64,000 nucleotides of DNA, taken from positions 96,001-160,000 of the IMG/VR virus record IMGVR_UViG_3300045988_167206. One strand, given 5' to 3'. Positions 45,791-54,699 of the stretch are shown here, piece by piece; position 1 is the stretch's first letter; each line of letters begins with the position of its first letter. A program made the translations under genes and the position numbers. Under the pieces are notes generated by a model. It worked only from the letters and a program-made list of their open reading frames with translations, did no database searches and was not told the DNA's origin. The stretch is from a virus.

Positions 45791-46342
45791 ATGAAAAAAT
45801 CATTCAACGCAAATATTAAATCTGCAATCGAAACAATCGTCACGATTACTCTTGCTACACTTGCAGTAGCATGTCAGCCTTCACCAGTAAATGCAGCTAC
45901 GGAAACATTTTTGGATTCTATTACTACTAAAACAGAATCTACATCAACTGGAACTCTGTATACATTCAGTGATGGAACCGGTTACTATGAAGAGAAATCA
46001 GACGCAACAGAAGATTTTTCTGATGGATTAAAGAAACCAGATACAACAGCGTTCGCTCCAACGCTCAGATATTCAATGGACGGAAAGTATTATCCACTCA
46101 CTGGAATTATCACATCAATAGTTCCAGACGCAGACGCAAGAGAAAATGTGATCACTTTCGAATGTGGAAACGGAAACATGTTCCAGTTTACAGATTCTAC
46201 AAATGCAGACTGGGATACATATGATCTTGTATCTTGTGTCATGGATAACAATGGAACTGCAATTGTATATGACGATGAAGTTGTTACGACAATGTACGCA
46301 GGATATACAGGACAGTTCCAGGAGATTGAAGGAAGAGATTAA
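45791..46342 (+). CDS. secreted protein or possible lipoprotein (183 aa)
   Basis: N-terminal signal-like MKKSFNANIKSAIETIVTITLATLAVAC with a Cys after the hydrophobic core. Confidence 0.6.
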   Translation: MKKSFNANIKSAIETIVTITLATLAVACQPSPVNAATETFLDSITTKTESTSTGTLYTFSDGTGYYEEKSDATEDFSDGLKKPDTTAFAPTLRYSMDGKYYPLTGIITSIVPDADARENVITFECGNGNMFQFTDSTNADWDTYDLVSCVMDNNGTAIVYDDEVVTTMYAGYTGQFQEIEGRD

Positions 46343-46381
46343 ATATGTTATAATAAATAAAAAAGAAAGAGGTGAAAGGAA

Positions 46382-46750
46382 ATGTTCGCCATTTATAAAA
46401 GAATAGCTGAATTCAAATGGAAAGACAGATTTTCCATTGAAGCTGGATGCACCTGTGATGATCCGGATCCTGAGCTTCTTACATCTTTTGATAGTCTCGA
46501 AGATGCAAGAAAAGAACTAAACAAACATAAAACTTCTATAAGGGAATTTGATTCTCCTATAGGAAAAATGTTTGAAGTTGTTGAATATATCATTCAGGAC
46601 CAGGAAAGCTTTGATGTGTGGGACGAATCAGAACTCAACATTAATCTGCTTGATGAAAATGGAAACAGTGTTGCAACTTGCGTATCTTATCAAAGTGCGG
46701 AAGAGATTTTTAATAAAGATGATCGTGAATTAAAAATAGTTCTTCCGTGA
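46382..46750 (+). CDS. hypothetical protein (122 aa)
   Basis: ORF with SD. Confidence 0.6.
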   Translation: MFAIYKRIAEFKWKDRFSIEAGCTCDDPDPELLTSFDSLEDARKELNKHKTSIREFDSPIGKMFEVVEYIIQDQESFDVWDESELNINLLDENGNSVATCVSYQSAEEIFNKDDRELKIVLP

Positions 46751-46767
46751 TAATAACAAAATCAACT

Positions 46768-46806
46768 AATAGTCTTATAGAGAAATCTGTGAGACTATTT
46801 TTTTAT
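46768..46806 (+). terminator. rho-independent terminator
   Basis: 8-bp stem AATAGTCT/AGACTATT followed by a T-run. Confidence 0.7.
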
Positions 46807-46823
46807 GAAAGGAAATAAAAATC

Positions 46824-47081
46824 ATGAACAACAGAAAATTGAAATCAATCCTTACAGGCGGCTTATTCTTAGCTGTCTTTTTTATTGCAGTCGCAATCAC
46901 AGGATCCGTTGACTACAACGCTTACAACGGAATCCATAAGGTTTCCGGCACTGTGATCAACGGAAAAGTCCAGGACGATAACGGAAATGTGTACTCCGCA
47001 GCTTCCTGGGAAACCGGATCAAAGGTAACTCTCACCCTTGATGGTGATGGTGCAGTGGTAAGTATTGCCACTAATAAATAA
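46824..47081 (+). CDS. small membrane-anchored protein (85 aa)
   Basis: N-terminal TM segment LTGGLFLAVFFIAVAITGSV. Confidence 0.6.
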   Translation: MNNRKLKSILTGGLFLAVFFIAVAITGSVDYNAYNGIHKVSGTVINGKVQDDNGNVYSAASWETGSKVTLTLDGDGAVVSIATNK

Positions 47082-47105
47082 TAATCTAAGAAGGAGGGAA
47101 ATGGT

Positions 47106-47444
47106 ATGGCAGTAAATTTAACCAGACCAAAAACAGCAACAGAGCATCAAATAAAACTTAAATCTCTGAATAAGGACATCAATGGAATGTTACATGTTCT
47201 TGCGAGCTACAAGAAACATCCAGAAACAGAAAGAACATTCTTCACAAAAGAAAAATGTGAGAAAGAACTCGCACTTGCATATCATCAGAAACTTAAACTT
47301 CTGTATCCAAAGGCAGAAGCATTATATCAATCTACCATTACAGAAACCTGCAACGGAGAATTTGGACGGAAGTTACTTATTAAATACGATCTCATCGAGA
47401 CTTGTGGCGTTGCAGATAATGATGAGAAACTTTATGCAATTTAA
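47106..47444 (+). CDS. hypothetical protein (112 aa)
   Basis: ORF with AAGGAGGG SD. Confidence 0.6.
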   Translation: MAVNLTRPKTATEHQIKLKSLNKDINGMLHVLASYKKHPETERTFFTKEKCEKELALAYHQKLKLLYPKAEALYQSTITETCNGEFGRKLLIKYDLIETCGVADNDEKLYAI

Positions 47445-47465
47445 ATAGAAAGGAGAGAAAACGAA

Positions 47466-47624
47466 ATGAAACGATGGGAAATTCATGCAAGATCTATCAT
47501 GAAAGATTTTTGTTTTCCGATGGCAAAGATTAATCAGGTGATTGACTATGCAAAGGCAATACCGAACGCAAGTAATGACATTAGATTAAACTATGCTTGT
47601 CGCAAGGCAAGGGAATTGCTGTAA
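47466..47624 (+). CDS. hypothetical protein (52 aa)
   Basis: AAAGGAGAG SD; below the ORF-track cutoff. Confidence 0.45.
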   Translation: MKRWEIHARSIMKDFCFPMAKINQVIDYAKAIPNASNDIRLNYACRKARELL

Positions 47625-47687
47625 TAAGATTCTAGTTACCATACAATAGTAAAAATTAAAAACACATAAAAGAAAGAGGTAGTAAAA

Positions 47688-48743
47688 ATGAAAATCAAAG
47701 AAATCGTAAGCACAATCATGGGAAACAAAGTAGTAGAGGCAGCAGTAGCAGCACCAGTACAGCTCTCTGTATACAACAAAGAAACTGCGTACAATACAGT
47801 AATGGAAGATGCAAGAAAAATTGGTTTCAAGAAATTTGCATCAATTCCACTGGAACTTCTGGAGATCGACACTGATTATCAGCGTCTGTCAATAATTTCT
47901 AGAGACAAAATCAATTCTCTTGTAAGGGAATTTAATACAAACTTATGTGATCCAATCCTGGTATCACCACACCCGGAAACACATTCGTTTGCAGTAATTG
48001 ATGGCAGTCATAGAATGGTTGCGTGTGAACTCAAGGGAATTAAAAATATTACGGCAGTTATTGCTGAAGGACTTCCGGCAGACCCTCACGAAAGGAAAAT
48101 TGCAGAAGCAGTAATCTTCTGTGAGCAGGCTGTCAATATTGATCATCTATTGCCAGCTCATAAGCACAGAGCCAATGTTACTCGTGGAGTTAAGAAGTTC
48201 GTCATTCTTGATGAGTGTATGAACGGAAGAAACCTTTTACTTAATATCCATGAATTGAAAAATAAGACAAAAGAAGAACAGGACAAAATGAAAGCAGACG
48301 GATGGAGAGTATTATCTGGTTATTCTGCGGCTCTTACTGTGGCTGCTCGAACAAACGGAAAGGAAGTATTAACTGACGTTTTTGATATTATTCAGAAATG
48401 TAATTGGCATATGGCAAAAAATGGATACGCTTCAAATGTAATACTTCCGATTGCGAGTATTCTTGGAATTCATAACAATGATCCAATTACAGTAGGTGCA
48501 ATCATCAAGCTCTTATCTACTATGGAACCAGATGCACTTTTTGCAAAAGCTCACGCACAGTTTCCGGAAAGAAAAGAAAAAGAACGTATCATGATGTACA
48601 TTGAGATCGAAACAGCGAAACTGTTAAATCGAGATCCTATCTATGTTGGTGGGGATCTTAGAAAGCTGCGTTATCAGTTAAACGACAAGGTAACGAAGAT
48701 GCCAACTGGAACAGACGGAACCGCGCCAGCTTTAACAAAATAA
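47688..48743 (+). CDS. ParB/Srx-fold nuclease-like protein
   Basis: LLEIDTDYQR...CDPILVSPHPETHSFAVIDGSHRMVA is a ParB N-terminal domain with the DGxHR motif. It follows the conserved AAGAAAGAGGTAGT SD block. Confidence 0.65.
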   Translation: MKIKEIVSTIMGNKVVEAAVAAPVQLSVYNKETAYNTVMEDARKIGFKKFASIPLELLEIDTDYQRLSIISRDKINSLVREFNTNLCDPILVSPHPETHSFAVIDGSHRMVACELKGIKNITAVIAEGLPADPHERKIAEAVIFCEQAVNIDHLLPAHKHRANVTRGVKKFVILDECMNGRNLLLNIHELKNKTKEEQDKMKADGWRVLSGYSAALTVAARTNGKEVLTDVFDIIQKCNWHMAKNGYASNVILPIASILGIHNNDPITVGAIIKLLSTMEPDALFAKAHAQFPERKEKERIMMYIEIETAKLLNRDPIYVGGDLRKLRYQLNDKVTKMPTGTDGTAPALTK

Positions 48744-48777
48744 ATAAAGTAAGATTTAAAAATTATTAAAATAACAC

Positions 48778-48806
48778 TTGCGTTTTAGATATGTAGGTGC
48801 TATTAT
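48778..48806 (+). promoter_or_regulatory. sigma-A-type promoter candidate
   Basis: TTGCGT, 17-nt spacer, TATTAT. Confidence 0.45.
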
Positions 48807-48819
48807 AATAATTAAATAA

Positions 48820-48832
48820 AGTAAAATTTAAT
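48820..48832 (+). promoter_or_regulatory. GTAAAATTTAA motif copy
   Basis: AGTAAAATTTAAT, 32 nt upstream of the ATG at 48865. Confidence 0.5.
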
Positions 48833-48864
48833 AATATAAGAATAAAAGAAAGGAAATAGATATT

Positions 48865-49107
48865 ATGAAGACAACAGTAATCTTTCAGCATAAAACAGAG
48901 ACATACAGAACAGCATCTGGCAAATTTTTGCCACTTATCCTTAAAGTAGTGACTGAGCCTGACGCAAGAGGAATACGGATTTCAATATCTGGATATTCAA
49001 ACCCACTTCCATTTAAAGAAGCGGTTATTGAATGTGAGAGTTATCCTATCAGTTCATGGATAGAGAAATTCGGATATCAGAAGATCGCAGAATTTTACAA
49101 AGAATAA
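48865..49107 (+). CDS. hypothetical protein (80 aa)
   Basis: ORF with SD. Confidence 0.6.
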   Translation: MKTTVIFQHKTETYRTASGKFLPLILKVVTEPDARGIRISISGYSNPLPFKEAVIECESYPISSWIEKFGYQKIAEFYKE

Positions 49108-49164
49108 CGATAAATAACGCTTTACGCGATATTTATATATGCAACACAAGTAACTATTAATCAA

Positions 49165-49395
49165 AGCAAACAGTTTTTGACTTGCTACCAAAACTGACTC
49201 TTACGTACACCCACAAATACATCCTGTATCATGATCCAATTGAACGGTTCAACCTCTAGTCGAAGGTACGTTTTTCCAGATACGGAAATTGATGCAGGAT
49301 GTCATATCAATAAGATAATTCAGCATCTTACTCATTGGTGGGGTGAAACCTAGACCCACCCTCCTTCTTATAAAGGTATTGAATTATCTTATTGA
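49165..49395 (+). ncRNA. structured intergenic element or candidate ncRNA
   Basis: Perfect 15-bp long-range inverted repeat CAATAAGATAATTCA (49308-49322) / TGAATTATCTTATTG (49380-49394) enclosing the hairpin GGTGGG/CCCACC. An adjacent 8-bp pair ACATCCTG (49219-49226) / CAGGATGT (49295-49302). No ORF. Confidence 0.35.
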
Positions 49396-49403
49396 GAGAT
49401 AAA

Positions 49404-49416
49404 AGTAAAATTTAAA
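49404..49416 (+). promoter_or_regulatory. GTAAAATTTAA motif copy
   Basis: AGTAAAATTTAAA, 19 nt upstream of the ATG at 49436. Confidence 0.5.
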
Positions 49417-49435
49417 AATTAAGGAGAACAAAGAA

Positions 49436-49558
49436 ATGAAAAGCAAAATCATTCCATTTCCAAAAGAAAAAGTAAAGGAACCCAAAACGTACCCTGGAGA
49501 TAACAAAATTATTTATCTTAGAAGGGAATATTTCCAGAAAGGAGAGTATCACTCATGA
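49436..49558 (+). CDS. hypothetical protein (40 aa)
   Basis: AAGGAG SD and an ATGA overlap with the next gene. Confidence 0.45.
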   Translation: MKSKIIPFPKEKVKEPKTYPGDNKIIYLRREYFQKGEYHS

Positions 49559-49842
49559 ATAAATATCTTTTTAAAATAGCAGATCTTCTGTTAGCTACGG
49601 AAAGTACAACGTTCAAAAATATTCAGGGAGCTTCTGGAACCACATATAATATAGAAGTAATTCGTACTCCAACGGATGTAGAAGTTTGGTCAATCGCACC
49701 TACGGAAACTATTTATACAGAATTTGATGCGATTATGGCTGCCTATGAAGAGCAGGAATATCTTCGTAGGAAACGATTACAACAGAAAAAGAAGAATAAA
49801 GTATCAATTTTAAATATCTTGTTTGGAAGGAGAGTAGCATAA
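49555..49842 (+). CDS. hypothetical protein (95 aa)
   Basis: ORF with SD. Confidence 0.6.
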   Translation: MNKYLFKIADLLLATESTTFKNIQGASGTTYNIEVIRTPTDVEVWSIAPTETIYTEFDAIMAAYEEQEYLRRKRLQQKKKNKVSILNILFGRRVA

Positions 49843-50480
49843 TGAAATTTATTGAAAAATTTTATGCAGAAGATAAATTTAGATCAAGTCCATTAGGCAA
49901 ATGGTGTCCATATCAGTTAGGATATGAGCCAGGACCAGATCCAGAAAGAAAAAATGCAGGTAAATGTCCAGAAGTAGTAAAGGATTATTCTTGCGCTACG
50001 TGTTGGAACAGAGAAATACCAGAAGAAAAAGAAACAACAGAATCTAAAGAAAACACACCATCAAATCCATTTCCAGGCTTTGAAATCAACGATGTTGTGC
50101 AGTTAAGAAATGGAAAGTTATGCATCGTATTGCCTAATAATGCATCTGAGAATAATAAAAGCTTATTTTATAAATATGACATAAGAGAAGCAGGATATGG
50201 ATCTGGACTGAGCTGTGTAAGTCATTGCTGTGATTATACAGACAATATTTATAATAATAAGTCATATAACTATGATGTTGTTAAGTTATGGAGATCTGAT
50301 TCTGAAAATGCTTTAATGACTATCGGATATTTCTTCAATAAAGAATCAAATCTTAAAACAATCAAACCAATCTGGCAGGAACAGCCAACAAAGAAAATGA
50401 CACTTAAAGAAATTGAACAGAAGCTTGGATATTCAGTAGAAATTGTAGAAGAATCAGAGAAGGAAGACGAAGATGAATGA
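49842..50480 (+). CDS. hypothetical protein (212 aa)
   Basis: ORF with GGAAGGAG SD. Confidence 0.6.
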   Translation: MKFIEKFYAEDKFRSSPLGKWCPYQLGYEPGPDPERKNAGKCPEVVKDYSCATCWNREIPEEKETTESKENTPSNPFPGFEINDVVQLRNGKLCIVLPNNASENNKSLFYKYDIREAGYGSGLSCVSHCCDYTDNIYNNKSYNYDVVKLWRSDSENALMTIGYFFNKESNLKTIKPIWQEQPTKKMTLKEIEQKLGYSVEIVEESEKEDEDE

Positions 50481-51135
50481 TATATGTACATTCTTAGGAT
50501 TTGCACCAGCACTTGCGGATCAAATACTTTCATACAAAGATAAATTTGATGCCGTCTACATTGATCATGGTCAGATGATCCTGGTGAGCAAAGATACATA
50601 TTCAGCGGAAGCGGATGGAGAACTTCCGGCATTTGAGTACAAGTATATCTTAAACTGCTTTGATTTTCAGGCTTTTGGAGCTGATCGAAGCGAAATTGTA
50701 GTTCAATGTAGATTATGCCCATTACAAAAATACATCAACAAAGAGAAACTTTCAGAACTATTAGAATCAGTTAACGGAGAAGTTTATGATGAAGATTTCT
50801 ACTTCGAAGATATGGCAAGCACAGGAATTCTCCCATGTTTAGGAACAGAATATATCAGCTATGATCCAGAAAAAGTTCCAGAAAATAAATACGGAAATCG
50901 TTGGTATGATTATTATTATAATCTTACTGATAACAAGGACTTTGTACTGATGTTGAACGTGGCAGCCACAGTATTAAATTGCATCGATGCTATGCGCGGA
51001 GAGTTTATTGATAATGTATGGAACCAGATTGGAAACACTGGTTGGGATAACTTGAATTACCTTCTCAATGGTAGAGACTGGTTGAATGCAGCACTTAGAA
51101 GAATCAAAAACAATGAAAGCGAGGAAGATAAATAA
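50473..51135 (+). CDS. hypothetical protein (220 aa)
   Basis: ORF overlapping the upstream stop. Confidence 0.6.
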   Translation: MNDICTFLGFAPALADQILSYKDKFDAVYIDHGQMILVSKDTYSAEADGELPAFEYKYILNCFDFQAFGADRSEIVVQCRLCPLQKYINKEKLSELLESVNGEVYDEDFYFEDMASTGILPCLGTEYISYDPEKVPENKYGNRWYDYYYNLTDNKDFVLMLNVAATVLNCIDAMRGEFIDNVWNQIGNTGWDNLNYLLNGRDWLNAALRRIKNNESEEDK

Positions 51136-51136
51136 A

Positions 51137-51463
51137 ATGATGAATCCAGATCCAAAGGAATATAACTACGATGATTGCAAACTGAAATTTTACAGAGGGA
51201 AATATGAATTCGGTGGTGGAACTGCGCTGATGGCTATTTGTGATACCGGAGAACCATATGCAACTATCTCTGTAAATTTTGATGAAGTAAAAATCCCAAA
51301 GGATCACATCTTCCTCGACATGAATAACTGCAAGCATTTATGTCAGCAGATGATTGATGATGGTTTACTTGAACTGACCGGGTTGCAACGTCCATCAGGA
51401 TTCTGCATTTATCCGGCGGCCAGAATGACAGACAAGCTCAAAGAGATTCTGGAAGATTTTTAA
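51137..51463 (+). CDS. hypothetical protein (108 aa)
   Basis: Start moved to MMNPDPKE, directly after the upstream stop. Confidence 0.55.
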   Translation: MMNPDPKEYNYDDCKLKFYRGKYEFGGGTALMAICDTGEPYATISVNFDEVKIPKDHIFLDMNNCKHLCQQMIDDGLLELTGLQRPSGFCIYPAARMTDKLKEILEDF

Positions 51464-51478
51464 ATTATAATCATATAA

Positions 51479-51491
51479 AGTAAAATTTAAA
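51479..51491 (+). promoter_or_regulatory. GTAAAATTTAA motif copy
   Basis: AGTAAAATTTAAA, 53 nt upstream of the ATG at 51545. Confidence 0.5.
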
Positions 51492-51544
51492 ATAAATCAA
51501 AAAAATGAATCAAACTTTAAGGACGGAAAGGAAGTTGATACAAA

Positions 51545-51754
51545 ATGAGAAGAAGAACTGTTGTGGTTAAGAGCAGGAGAATTGCCTGGATGTTAAGGAA
51601 GGAGGGATATAGGATTATCAAGATAGCTCCAGACAGATTTAGACCTCAATTCAACATTTTTATCTTCCAAAACGAACCTGGACTTGGAAAATCTTTAAAG
51701 AAATATATCGAGGAAACTGAAGAATATAGAAGAGTCAGGGATCAGAAAAAATGA
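51545..51754 (+). CDS. small basic protein (69 aa)
   Basis: R/K-rich ORF, possibly DNA-binding. Confidence 0.55.
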   Translation: MRRRTVVVKSRRIAWMLRKEGYRIIKIAPDRFRPQFNIFIFQNEPGLGKSLKKYIEETEEYRRVRDQKK

Positions 51755-51776
51755 TGAACTGAAAGGACGTAACGAA

Positions 51777-52712
51777 ATGAGTGCACACAATGAAGAATTT
51801 GACCGTAGCAAATGTTTTACCTTCTTTGAATCATATTACACTACAGGTAAGATGATTGAAGAAATAAAAGGTAAAGATATCGCTTACGAATATTATAAAG
51901 CGATTATTGAGTATGCTTTATACAAAAAACCGATAGAGAATAAAGAAATACTTCTCTATGCAGGTGGAGACACCGCCCTTAGAGTAATTGATTCATCTCA
52001 AGAAAGACGAGCGAGAGGTTTTGGTGAGAACACAGAAAGAACTCAAGCAATTATAGAATTTGTCAGAGATCATCCTGGAGTATCACAAAATGAAGTCGCT
52101 GCTCAAGTACATTGCAGTAAAGGAAAAGTAAACCAGGCTCTGAAAAATTTCAGAGAAGGAAAATATGTAGACACATTCGATTTCAATATCATCATAAATG
52201 GTAAGGAGTACCGCTCAGATGGTCAGGTCGTGACCGATCAATCAGAGAGCGAATATGAAGTGATTGATGATGGTACCGAAGATAGTACCGCTATGGTACC
52301 CGGTACTTATATACATACTGATACTGATAATGATATTGATAATGATAGTACTGACCGGTACCGGTACCGCGATGCGGATAGCCGTATAGCCGGATCAGTC
52401 ACAGAGAGTCGCTGCGCTCCAGAGATCGCTGACGCTCCGATCGCTAACGCTCAAAAAGATCCTGAACGAGAAAAGAAGAGGGAAGAGAATCTTAATCACT
52501 TCAAATCTCTTGATTATGGTGGAATCATGTCAAATGAACTGATCCCTGAAGTTTGTGAAGCTCAGTATGCAAGAGAAGAGTATGAGGATGAAACTATAGA
52601 TGAGAAAAGAGAACGCTTAATGAAATTTCTTACAGGTGGTTTTGTTCGGGCAAAAAAAGAATTTGCAGAGGAGCTTGTTGACACAGTTATTACCGGTAAC
52701 GGTAGGTTATAA
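51777..52712 (+). CDS. hypothetical protein with central acidic low-complexity tract (311 aa)
   Basis: Contains an HTH-like segment (GVSQNEVAAQVHCSKGKVNQALKNF). The DNA carries GATA/GGTACC micro-repeats at 52310-52380. Confidence 0.6.
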   Translation: MSAHNEEFDRSKCFTFFESYYTTGKMIEEIKGKDIAYEYYKAIIEYALYKKPIENKEILLYAGGDTALRVIDSSQERRARGFGENTERTQAIIEFVRDHPGVSQNEVAAQVHCSKGKVNQALKNFREGKYVDTFDFNIIINGKEYRSDGQVVTDQSESEYEVIDDGTEDSTAMVPGTYIHTDTDNDIDNDSTDRYRYRDADSRIAGSVTESRCAPEIADAPIANAQKDPEREKKREENLNHFKSLDYGGIMSNELIPEVCEAQYAREEYEDETIDEKRERLMKFLTGGFVRAKKEFAEELVDTVITGNGRL

Positions 52713-52725
52713 AAAGGAGATAGAA

Positions 52726-52881
52726 ATAACGTTACTTAAGATAATTATAGTATTAATTGCTTTCCCACTTGGATTTTTTCTGATCGGAAGGCATTACTCG
52801 ATACAAGATAAATTGCTTGCAGTATTCACTGTGTGGCTTTCATTATGTGTGGTAACAGAAAATATACGGTATTTGATATAG
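52726..52881 (+). CDS. two-TM mini-protein (51 aa), possibly initiated at ATA
   Basis: AAGGAG ends 6 nt before an in-frame ATA. There is no ATG/GTG/TTG after the upstream stop. The alternative is a GTG at 52636 that overlaps the upstream gene by 77 nt. Confidence 0.35.
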   Translation: MTLLKIIIVLIAFPLGFFLIGRHYSIQDKLLAVFTVWLSLCVVTENIRYLI

Positions 52882-52889
52882 AGGAGAAA

Positions 52890-53054
52890 ATGTTAATGAA
52901 TAAGTCATTATCAGAATTAACAAGAAATGAATTATTTGCCGTTTTGTTGTGTGGAGAACGACCAAAGGAAGGATTTACTCTGAATGATTATGCAAAAGAA
53001 TGGAATCTTAGAGTTGAACAAGAGGGTGGATTTGAGATTTCCGCATCCGATTGA
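52890..53054 (+). CDS. hypothetical protein (54 aa)
   Basis: Start moved behind GAGGAG. Confidence 0.45.
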   Translation: MLMNKSLSELTRNELFAVLLCGERPKEGFTLNDYAKEWNLRVEQEGGFEISASD

Positions 53055-53065
53055 AAGGAGTTATT

Positions 53066-53239
53066 ATGTCAAAGAAAAATAAGCCAAGATGGAAAGAGTT
53101 AAATATGTATGAGCAGCTTGCTAGACGACATAAACAGAACGGTGGATCTGAATATATGGTTAATTGGCTTCACGAGAAAGCAAGAGAAAAAGAACAGGAA
53201 GAAAAACGAAAGGTGGAAATGAATAATGAAGAAATTTAG
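53066..53239 (+). CDS. hypothetical basic protein (57 aa)
   Basis: Start moved behind AAAGGAG. Confidence 0.45.
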   Translation: MSKKNKPRWKELNMYEQLARRHKQNGGSEYMVNWLHEKAREKEQEEKRKVEMNNEEI

Positions 53240-53597
53240 CATTGAATATCACGAAACTTATGGAAGAACATATGAAATTGAAGCCAATTCACCAGAAGAA
53301 GCAGAAGAAATTTTAAAAGAAAGAATTAGAGAAGGAATGGAAGATCCACCAGAAGAATGTGAAAATAGCTGGTGTGATAATATCCAGAAAATGAAAGAAA
53401 CTAATATTTATGTATCAATAGAAGATAAATTAGAGGAAATTATTTCCAATGAATCTGTTGACATGATAGAAGAATTTCTTGGATATGAATTAACATTTAC
53501 CGCACCAGAAGATATACATAGTCAAGTAAGAGATACTTTAGATCAGATGCCAGAAGAAGAACTTCTTTTATGGGAAGAAAAATATAATTTACTTTAG
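53226..53597 (+). CDS. two-domain small protein: DpnD/PcfM-like N-terminus plus EEFLGYE C-terminal module
   Basis: ETYGRTYEIEANSPEEAEE resembles 58916 and 61262. The C-terminal IEEFLGYELTF...MPEEELLLWEEKY is paralogous to 56525-56716. Confidence 0.55.
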   Translation: MKKFSIEYHETYGRTYEIEANSPEEAEEILKERIREGMEDPPEECENSWCDNIQKMKETNIYVSIEDKLEEIISNESVDMIEEFLGYELTFTAPEDIHSQVRDTLDQMPEEELLLWEEKYNLL

Positions 53598-53629
53598 ATG
53601 AAAGAGATATTTCAAGATGAGGTGGAAAA

Positions 53630-53899
53630 ATGGATAATAAAGAAAAGATTTCTTTTAAAAATAAAAATATTTTTTGCCAAAATGACAAAGAAATTATAGA
53701 AATATTAAATGAAGCAGAAAAACGTGGGTATAAATGGAGATCAGGAATTGAACCACTGAAATATATTCCAAAAACAATTTGTGATGGATTAGGAGTAATT
53801 TTATTTTTCGATAGAGATGGATCAAAAGTAATTACGTTTTTAGATAGTTATTTTAAAGAAACAAATCTTGATGTAATTTTGGCAAAAAATATTATCTAA
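53630..53899 (+). CDS. hypothetical protein (89 aa)
   Basis: ORF with SD. Confidence 0.55.
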   Translation: MDNKEKISFKNKNIFCQNDKEIIEILNEAEKRGYKWRSGIEPLKYIPKTICDGLGVILFFDRDGSKVITFLDSYFKETNLDVILAKNII

Positions 53900-53997
53900 A
53901 TTTGAATGGATAGTGTAAAAAGTAACTAATACGATTTTAGATATATGTGCAGAATATGTAGAAGAATGAAACAAGAGTTTCAGGAGGTGGAAGTTAT

Positions 53998-54255
53998 ATG
54001 GACAAAGAGAAATTTATGGAAGAACTAGAGAATAAAGCTGCAGCAGCTATAAAATATGCATTGAAAAATGCAAAGAAAGCTGAAGATGAAAACGATAAAG
54101 CCGCCATTCTTAATATAGAATTTTGGATAGGACAATATCAGGCTTATAAATCTTTAATGAATGATTTAGACCATGAAAAATATGTTGAATTACATCGCAA
54201 ATACAGAAATGAATTTACTGAATGTCAATGTGTAATTTATGAGTTATATCATTAA
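53998..54255 (+). CDS. hypothetical protein (85 aa)
   Basis: ORF with AGGAGGTGG SD. Confidence 0.6.
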   Translation: MDKEKFMEELENKAAAAIKYALKNAKKAEDENDKAAILNIEFWIGQYQAYKSLMNDLDHEKYVELHRKYRNEFTECQCVIYELYH

Positions 54256-54269
54256 GAGGTGAAAAATAA

Positions 54270-54488
54270 ATGAAAATATATGTATTAGAAGAATACAACA
54301 CAGGGCGCACTGCTTGCATATCAGAAGATATTAACATGATAAGAAAGAAAATGTGTGACAAAACTTATTTTGATCCACAATATAATGATTACCCAATTTT
54401 AACAATCTGGGAAAATGGAGATAGCATTGAGAAAATAGAAGGCAGTAATGTATTGAAGAAAATTGCAGAAGAAATTAACAAATTATAA
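54270..54488 (+). CDS. hypothetical protein (72 aa)
   Basis: ORF with SD. Confidence 0.55.
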   Translation: MKIYVLEEYNTGRTACISEDINMIRKKMCDKTYFDPQYNDYPILTIWENGDSIEKIEGSNVLKKIAEEINKL

Positions 54489-54513
54489 TATAAAAGAAGA
54501 ATTGGAGGAAATT

Positions 54514-54666
54514 ATGAGAAGTATTTCGAGTGCGATAATTAGTTTGACTTGTTGGTATATTCTTGCGAATATGAATACTACACAAGTTGATATGAGATCA
54601 TTTTTAGCCATGATGTCACTTGTAATGTTAGTAATAGCAATTATATTAATGATTTTTGGACTTTAA
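54514..54666 (+). CDS. two-TM mini-protein (50 aa)
   Basis: Start moved to MRSISSAII behind TGGAGGA; hydrophobic. Confidence 0.5.
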   Translation: MRSISSAIISLTCWYILANMNTTQVDMRSFLAMMSLVMLVIAIILMIFGL

Positions 54667-54699
54667 TGAAATGATGATTTCAGGATTGGAGAAAATATT

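Noticed and set aside
52310-52380. GATA/GGTACC micro-repeats as a regulatory repeat or origin.
   Set aside because: They lie in frame within 51777-52712 and encode an acidic low-complexity linker (TDTDNDIDNDSTDRYRYRD).
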